37,197 nt of DNA, taken from NCBI RefSeq assembly GCF_001194135.2, contig NC_068997.1, positions 28,505,588 to 28,542,784 on the forward strand. Direction: 5' to 3'. Positions 33,077-37,197 of the stretch are shown here, piece after piece. Under the pieces are notes generated by a model that saw only the letters and a list, made by a program, of their open reading frames with translations, was not told the DNA's origin and did no database searches. Numbering within the stretch: the first letter of the stretch is position 1; every line of letters begins with the position of its first letter. The position numbers and the translations under genes were made by a program. Source of the DNA: Octopus bimaculoides (lineage: Eukaryota).

Positions 33077-33622
33077 ACCCGATGCAGTACTAGGCAGTGG
33101 TTCTCATGGCTTCTGATCTTAATTGATTGGAAGTGCTATCATGTACATGTTTTGTCTTGGTATAAAAGATGGGCTACAACAAAAATTCTGCTCAACACCA
33201 CGGATTTGCTCGTCAGTTGTTTGACCTTAACCATTTGAGCATGTCCCTTGGTGGCTGACGGTATGTGCATCTCTGATCATGAGCAGAAGTAGTGGGAGAG
33301 CATCATGTCGAGAGGGTTTCTTTGGGAGTTTGAATAATTCACCCTTAGAAGCCTGGTTGTTTCGCTCTTCATCTTTAAACAAATCTCATTCAAGGACCTT
33401 TTGAGCAGGATGAGCTGCTCGATCTGAATAGAATTCTGACTGGGCCTCACCTGCAAGGTCAAGCGCTGTTTATCTTGATATGACATCACCATGTCACGCA
33501 CATGTGGTTGTTATGCATGTGCCTGGTGTGCACTTATCAGACGGGTAGTCATGTTGGGTGCACTGGGCTTCATGCATTTGTACCCTAGTGTCACTTTGCT
33601 GGCATGCGCTGCTCTCTCACTC

Positions 33623-33652
<30 letters not shown>
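33077..33652 (+). mobile_element. LINE-like 3' UTR repeat ending in (AAT)n
   Basis: Its 5' part (GATGCAGTACTAGGCAGTGG...ATCATGTACAT...TATAAAAGATGGGCTAC) recurs at about 10095-10220. Ends CTCTCTCACTC-(AAT)n. Confidence 0.6.
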
Positions 33653-33654
<2 letters not shown>

Positions 33655-35387
33655 TTTATTTATTCTTTTATTAGGCACAAGGGCTCGCATAAAATAACAT
33701 TAAAAGACACAACAAAATAAAAGACAAAAACAGGACGACTGTCCTTGCAAAAATTTAATACATTCTCAGAAACAAAGATTATGTCACAGTGAAGGTGTAG
33801 TGTTTATAGAAATAGCCGAGTGTGTTTATACGAACACTAGAGCAGAAGGTTCAATTCGGTGGCAGTCCGTTTGACATCAACTGTTAATATAGAAAAGTCG
33901 GCGGCGAGAAAAACCCGAGAAAATTTCGCATAAAATTCCATGTAATATTTGTTCTGTATTGGTTATACTTACAAACTACATACATCTTTGGTTGCTTTTT
34001 ATGCTAGTTTAAAACAATTCCGAAGGAGGAGGAGGAGGAGGAGGAGGAGGAGGAGGAAAAGAAGAAGAAGTATCTGCTTCTTTTTATGTTACGAAATATA
34101 TTATCATTTAAATCACGTTCGTTTATTGTTTATGAACGTATATGAAATCTAATCCTTGATAAACTTGTATATCAATTTACTGTGTCATACAGCTTGTTGC
34201 TTTACTAAAACATCTTCTCTCTTACCTTCTCTCTCTCTTACCTTCTCTCTCTCTTTTTTTCTCTCTCTCTGTCCCTCTCTCCTTCTACTCTCTCTCTCTC
34301 TCTTTCTAAGTAAGGCTACCGAATTAATTTGAATATACCTACATGTAGCAGAAGCGGGGGATCTTTTTTAAAATGGGGGCCACATTTTTCATTAATGTTT
34401 TACGTAGTGTTTTTGGTACCGAAAGACTTTCAAACTTCGTATACTTATCTATTTTGTGTTATAGAACAGAAAAATATTTTTGTATTCGAATTTATTTCAT
34501 GTAAAAAATTGTCTTATTTCGATAATTTCAACCAATCACTGACAAGTATTCAGTTGTTTACATTTACTCCTTTGGATGATTAAGCGATGTAAAGCGTATT
34601 TAATCTCCATACCTTCGTTTTATTTGCTTTTTTCATTTTAAATTTGCTTTAACCNNNNNNNNNNNNNNNNNNNNNNNNNNNNNNNNNNNNNNNNNNNNNN
34701 NNNNNNNNNNNNNNNNNNNNNNNNNNNNNNNNNNNNNNNNNNNNNNNNNNNNNNNNNNNNNNNNNNNNNNNNNNNNNNNNNNNNNNNNNNNNNNNNNNNN
34801 NNNNNNNNNNNNNNNNNNNNNNNNNNNNNNNNNNNNNNNNNNNNNNNNNNNNNNNNNNNNNNNNNNNNNNNNNNNNNNNNNNNNNNNNNNNNNNNNNNNN
34901 NNNNNNNNNNNNNNNNNNNNNNNNNNNNNNNNNNNNNNNNNNNNNNNNNNNNNNNNNNNNNNNNNNNNNNNNNNNNNNNNNNNNNNNNNNNNNNNNNNNN
35001 NNNNNNNNNNNNNNNNNNNNNNNNNNNNNNNNNNNNNNNNNNNNNNNNNNNNNNNNNNNNNNNNNNNNNNNNNNNNNNNNNNNNNNNNNNNNNNNNNNNN
35101 NNNNNNNNNNNNNNNNNNNNNNNNNNNNNNNNNNNNNNNNNNNNNNNNNNNNNNNNNNNNNNNNNNNNNNNNNNNNNNNNNNNNNNNNNNNNNNNNNNNN
35201 NNNNNNNNNNNNNNNNNNNNNNNNNNNNNNNNNNNNNNNNNNNNNNNNNNNNNNNNNNNNNNNNNNNNNNNNNNNNNNNNNNNNNNNNNNNNNNNNNNNN
35301 NNNNNNNNNNNNNNNNNNNNNNNNNNNNNNNNNNNNNNNNNNNNNNNNNNNNNNNNNNNNNNNNNNNNNNNNNNNNNNNNNNNNNNN

Positions 35388-35435
<48 letters not shown>

Positions 35436-35486
35436 GTATACACACACGCACACACACACGCACATACACGCACATACACACACACA
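35388..35486. repeat. (CA)n microsatellite bordering a large N gap
   Basis: Read directly. Confidence 0.95.
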
Positions 35487-35526
35487 AGAAAGACGAAACA
35501 CAAAAATCCTCAGCTGCTGCGCATGA

Positions 35527-35572
35527 GAATGCCAATGGCATTTCGACCTCGTTAGGCCTCGTCAATGGCGTA
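35527..35572 (-). ncRNA. Degenerate hammerhead-like motif (third sequence family)
   Basis: Minus strand: CGCCA-TTGACGA-GGCCT(AACG)AGGTC-GAAA-TGCC(ATT)GGCA-TT. Stem II and GAAA are clear, C3 is changed to U, and stem I cannot be placed convincingly. Confidence 0.35.
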
Positions 35573-37197
35573 TAATCACAACCAACTACATGCTTAGACG
35601 AGATTTGTCACTTCTGATATATAAACAATAAGACAAAACATTCACAGGTATCGCAAATAACCATCCTGTGAATAAAAATCCATTATATACAATAGAAGCA
35701 GTGTTAGATTAAAGATTAAAGCTACTGTGCAACAATCAAACTTTTGTAACGAATAGCTTCCTAGACTCTGAGCCAAGATTCGAAATCTAAGCCTAGATTT
35801 TTCTCCGAGTCCCTTCCTATTGTTCTCAGCTTTTGCACTAGGAAATTTACGAGTGTCAATTGTTAACTTGTAACCTTTCAAGTGAAACTTAGGTCAAGGT
35901 TGATAGAAAACGGAAAATCCTTTGTTTAGCCTGACCTAATTTAGTTAGAAAAAATATAAATACGGAACGCAAAATCCGTTCTACCGCTTTCACTTAGCCC
36001 CTTGTTAGAAAGGCACATCTGTCTGTTTCTCAATGCACGTCTGGCTTCTCTTCGCGCGACTACACAACTTTCAACCTTTCTGTTGGTTAACACAGACAGG
36101 TATATTATTTTACTCTTTCTCTCTCACATTTTCCATCTGTTCTAGCAGTCAAAAAGAAAAAAATGAACTTAACTACCTACAGAATGGATAACAGAATGGC
36201 AAATAATCTGTTCGTGATAACAACTCGAAGTTGTACTTTACATTGTAATGATAGAATAAAAAAGCCACATCAACTAATATTTTTCTTCCCCTTCATTTAT
36301 TTTACTGCACACAAATCGTTACAATTTTGGTGACTTTCCGACTCAAGAACTACATGTCTTCTCTACGAAATGCTGCATAAATCGTTACACTTTCATGCAG
36401 CTTAACTAACAAACGTTTCGAATAAAAAGTGCTTTCGTGAATTTTATTAAACGATATAATAAGCAGCAAACATAAGTCGGCGATGGTTCAACATATATTT
36501 TCCTGATATACTTTGCCTTTCATTCCTCCAGGGGTCGATAAAATAAGCATTAGTTAATTATTAACTACTGATATGACAGACTGTTCTCTTCCGCCTCCTA
36601 AATGTATGGCTTAGAGCCAATGCGATGAATCAATATTTATTTACGCCGCCCCTTACGTTCTTATGGAAATATTGCTTTCTATTCTTTTGAGTTCGATAAT
36701 TTAAGTAGAACAAGTTATATACTGATGTAAATTCGCTCGGCTACCCACCCCCTTCAGAGAGATGACCATTTGCTAAAATTTATTTTATATCACACTTAGT
36801 AAATATTAGCGTCGTTGGTTTTTAGGTTTGCATCAGACCAATCACTGTTTCACTGTGGTTTTTACAACGAAAGTTAATACAAGGTTTCTCTTTTTTTTTT
36901 TTCGATGGCGCACATTACACGATGTGCTTCCGTACAACCCAAGCCTACAGCAAAAGGCACTTATCCATGGAGTCACAGAGAAGCATCTCGGGTAAATGTG
37001 TTAACTACGTGCAAAGGGAAGTTCTTAATCATACAACCACCATTACAATCATTGATTAGAAACCAATGCTCCACGTCTTTAGTGGCGAGCACTGTGGACC
37101 ACACAGCTTAACTCCTGGTTGGAAGCCTCTCTCATTTGCTCCATTTATGCTACCGAATAGTGTATAAGCAACATGGCTTCAGTTTGTCATAACGCCA

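Noticed and set aside
36905-37197. ORF 36905-37111 or possible decayed reverse transcriptase
   Set aside because: Only vague motif resemblance across frames; not supportable without a profile search.

Overview
Animal genomic DNA: AT-rich, dense in microsatellites and transposons, from a gapped draft scaffold. The SINE/MITE families look like those of octopus, which is an inference and not a database result. One complete protein-coding gene is present that the ORF track misses: CYBA (p22phox, the NADPH-oxidase membrane subunit), + strand, six coding exons (2127-2184, 10867-10936, 12245-12319, 14317-14400, 16500-16581, 18069-18206), all introns GT-AG, 168 aa: MGQIEWAMWANEQAIASSLITILGGIIGIVGFFKRWQFGIYGVAAGVFIFLFEYPRSLRAKGKSSPRKCQFPFTVFVNLFGPLARIYYFRFVLYFLMCVPLVFILPTFLGGLCLLFTSTLYFVAALKGEHWQADLPQNDNTTTVDAPMTPVPQRRPPPRRPELPVNHM. 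Two promoter-like islands occur. One is an NRF1/ETS/YY1 housekeeping cluster at about 363-440. The other is a minus-strand TATA/CCAAT/E-box promoter at about 28.4-29.1 kb with no recognisable coding exons downstream. The rest is SINEs, LINE fragments (RLE-type, Tx1-like, RTE), DNA-transposon remnants and MITEs. The most interesting signals are minimal type I hammerhead-ribozyme motifs from three different sequence families, two of them built into long inverted repeats (24555-24718, and 11124-11360 inside CYBA intron 2), plus a near-perfect 74-bp palindrome downstream of CYBA. All folds and alignments were done by eye.
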